Part shown: piece after piece, positions 62,917 through 64,000 of the stretch
Position numbering within the stretch: the stretch's first letter is position 1
How the letters are laid out: the number at the start of each line of letters is the position of its first letter
Assembly (NCBI GenBank): GCA_947311115.1
Contig: CAMZKE010000078.1
Span: 33,892-97,891, forward strand
Direction: 5' to 3'
DNA: 64,000 nt
Source of the DNA: an uncultured Bacteroidales bacterium
Lineage (GTDB): Bacteria; Bacteroidota; Bacteroidia; Bacteroidales; JAFGXI01
The notes under the pieces: model-generated
Database searches by the model: none
What the model was told of the DNA's origin: nothing
Seen by the model: only the letters and a program-made list of their open reading frames with translations
Translations under genes and position numbers: made by a program

Positions 62917-64000
62917 ATGAAAAAAACTTTACTTTTCGTAAATCTGCTAATTATAGCAGTAGTGTTTAATGCAAAATCGCAAATAGATTTTGAAGCTATG
63001 TTGCACGACTATCAAAACGGAGCAACTTTAAATGGTGGTTTTCACAGTAACAACTACCAATTCCCCAATTATTATAATGCAGCTTGGAACTCGTGGAGTG
63101 GTTTTGCGTACAGCAAAATGACAGATGCCACAACAAGCGGTTATACTAATCAGTACAGTGCTGTAGCCGGCTCGGGCTATAATGCTAGTGCAAATTATTT
63201 AGTAGCAAATGTATCAACTTATAATGCAGGAACTTATATAAAGTTTGATACTGCAAGTGCAATTAATGGCTTTTACGTAACTAACTCAACTTACGCACAT
63301 AACAGTATGCGTGATGGCGATAGTTTTGCCAAAAAATTTGGTACTGATACTAGTGCAACAGGTGTTAATGACGGAACAAATGGTGAAGACTGGTTTTTAT
63401 TAACTATAAAAGGTTTTAATAACGGAGTTTTTACCGATTCGGTTAACTTTTATTTAGCTGATTATCGTTTTTCTGATGATTCCCAAGATTATATTATTGA
63501 TGCTTGGACAATGGTTGATTTAACAAGTTTAAATACAGTTGATAGTATTAGTTTTGGCTTGTCATCATCTGATGTAGGAACATACGGAATGAATACACCA
63601 GCATATTTTTGTTTAGATTTTATTGCTGATGAAAACAATGTTTCTACCGATTTTGAAGAATTTCAGTTTGATTATTATAATGGCTCTGATTTAGCAGGAG
63701 GTTTTACAAGTGGAGAAGGATATTTTTATAACAATTATAACGAAGCCTGGGGGGCTTGGAGTGGTTTTTCATACTCACGTGTAACAGATAATATTACTTC
63801 TGGTTGGGCAAATCAATATAGTGCAATTACAGGTGAGGGCTATAATAGCTCAGAAACTTACGCTGTTTCTTATAGTACATCATCAATAAAATTAGATTCT
63901 GTTTATACCGTAAATAGTATTTTTGTAACAAACTCAACTTATGCTTATAACAGTATGCGTGATGGCGATGCCTACGGAAAACAATTTGGTTCTACAACTA
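62917..64000 (+). CDS. Secreted protein with two tandem DUF4465-like domains; partial, runs off the window
   Basis: My own translation gives MKKTLLFVNLLIIAVVFNAKSQ... There are two homologous modules (NGGFHSNNYQFPNYYNAAWNSWSGFAYSKMTD..SGYTNQYSAVAGSGYN...VTNSTYAHNSMRDGDSFAKKFG and AGGFTSGEGYFYNNYNEAWGAWSGFSYSRVTD..SGWANQYSAITGEGYN...VTNSTYAYNSMRDGDAYGKQFG). It is absent from the ORF track because no stop codon lies in the window. Confidence 0.6.
   Translation, partial: MKKTLLFVNLLIIAVVFNAKSQIDFEAMLHDYQNGATLNGGFHSNNYQFPNYYNAAWNSWSGFAYSKMTDATTSGYTNQYSAVAGSGYNASANYLVANVSTYNAGTYIKFDTASAINGFYVTNSTYAHNSMRDGDSFAKKFGTDTSATGVNDGTNGEDWFLLTIKGFNNGVFTDSVNFYLADYRFSDDSQDYIIDAWTMVDLTSLNTVDSISFGLSSSDVGTYGMNTPAYFCLDFIADENNVSTDFEEFQFDYYNGSDLAGGFTSGEGYFYNNYNEAWGAWSGFSYSRVTDNITSGWANQYSAITGEGYNSSETYAVSYSTSSIKLDSVYTVNSIFVTNSTYAYNSMRDGDAYGKQFGSTT

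Noticed and set aside
1-64000. A search for rRNA, tRNA, tmRNA or CRISPR arrays in the intergenic regions
   Set aside because: The intergenic regions are uniformly AT-rich. None shows cloverleaf-compatible GC-rich stems or regularly spaced direct repeats. The only confident structured regulatory RNA is the cobalamin riboswitch.

Overview
This is a visibly AT-rich bacterial chromosomal segment with Bacteroidota-like gene content. It carries PorP/SprF and PorE-like T9SS components, T9SS C-terminal sorting domains, FGE/GldJ-like and LruC-like surface proteins, and the envelope genes LptD-like, kdsC and AsmA-like. TAnnTTTG -7 promoter motifs are recurrent. About 45 protein-coding genes are supportable. 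Housekeeping genes include sucC, bioA, metG, mnmH and kdsC. There is an acetate/butyrate cluster (pta-hbd-ackA, then ptb-buk), an SQR-like flavoprotein, two SpoIIE/PP2C phosphatases, a serpin, and a cobalamin riboswitch in front of a tandem DUF4465-like gene. I recognised no rRNA, tRNA, CRISPR array, transposase or integrase. The most interesting observations are these. (1) An archaeal-type gatE-gatD operon (GatDE amidotransferase) sits in an otherwise bacterial neighbourhood. (2) The roughly 9.65 kb block carrying gatED, an LruC-like lipoprotein and a triple-FGE-domain protein is bracketed by a 102/103-nt inverted repeat pair, and a decayed gene fragment lies next to one end. (3) A roughly 95-nt two-hairpin repeat occurs three times, always on the + strand, with compensatory stem substitutions. 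(4) A 17-unit octanucleotide tandem array ends 10 nt before the bioA ATG; other short-period intergenic arrays also occur. (5) There are two unusual domain fusions: an AmgK-like sugar kinase joined to a RapZ C-terminal domain, and a DAACS transporter joined to a family-3 solute-binding domain. (6) A tandem-sCache/HAMP/GAF/PAS sensor with no output domain is translationally coupled to a porin. All functional calls rest on my own reading of motifs in the translated ORFs; no database search was possible.
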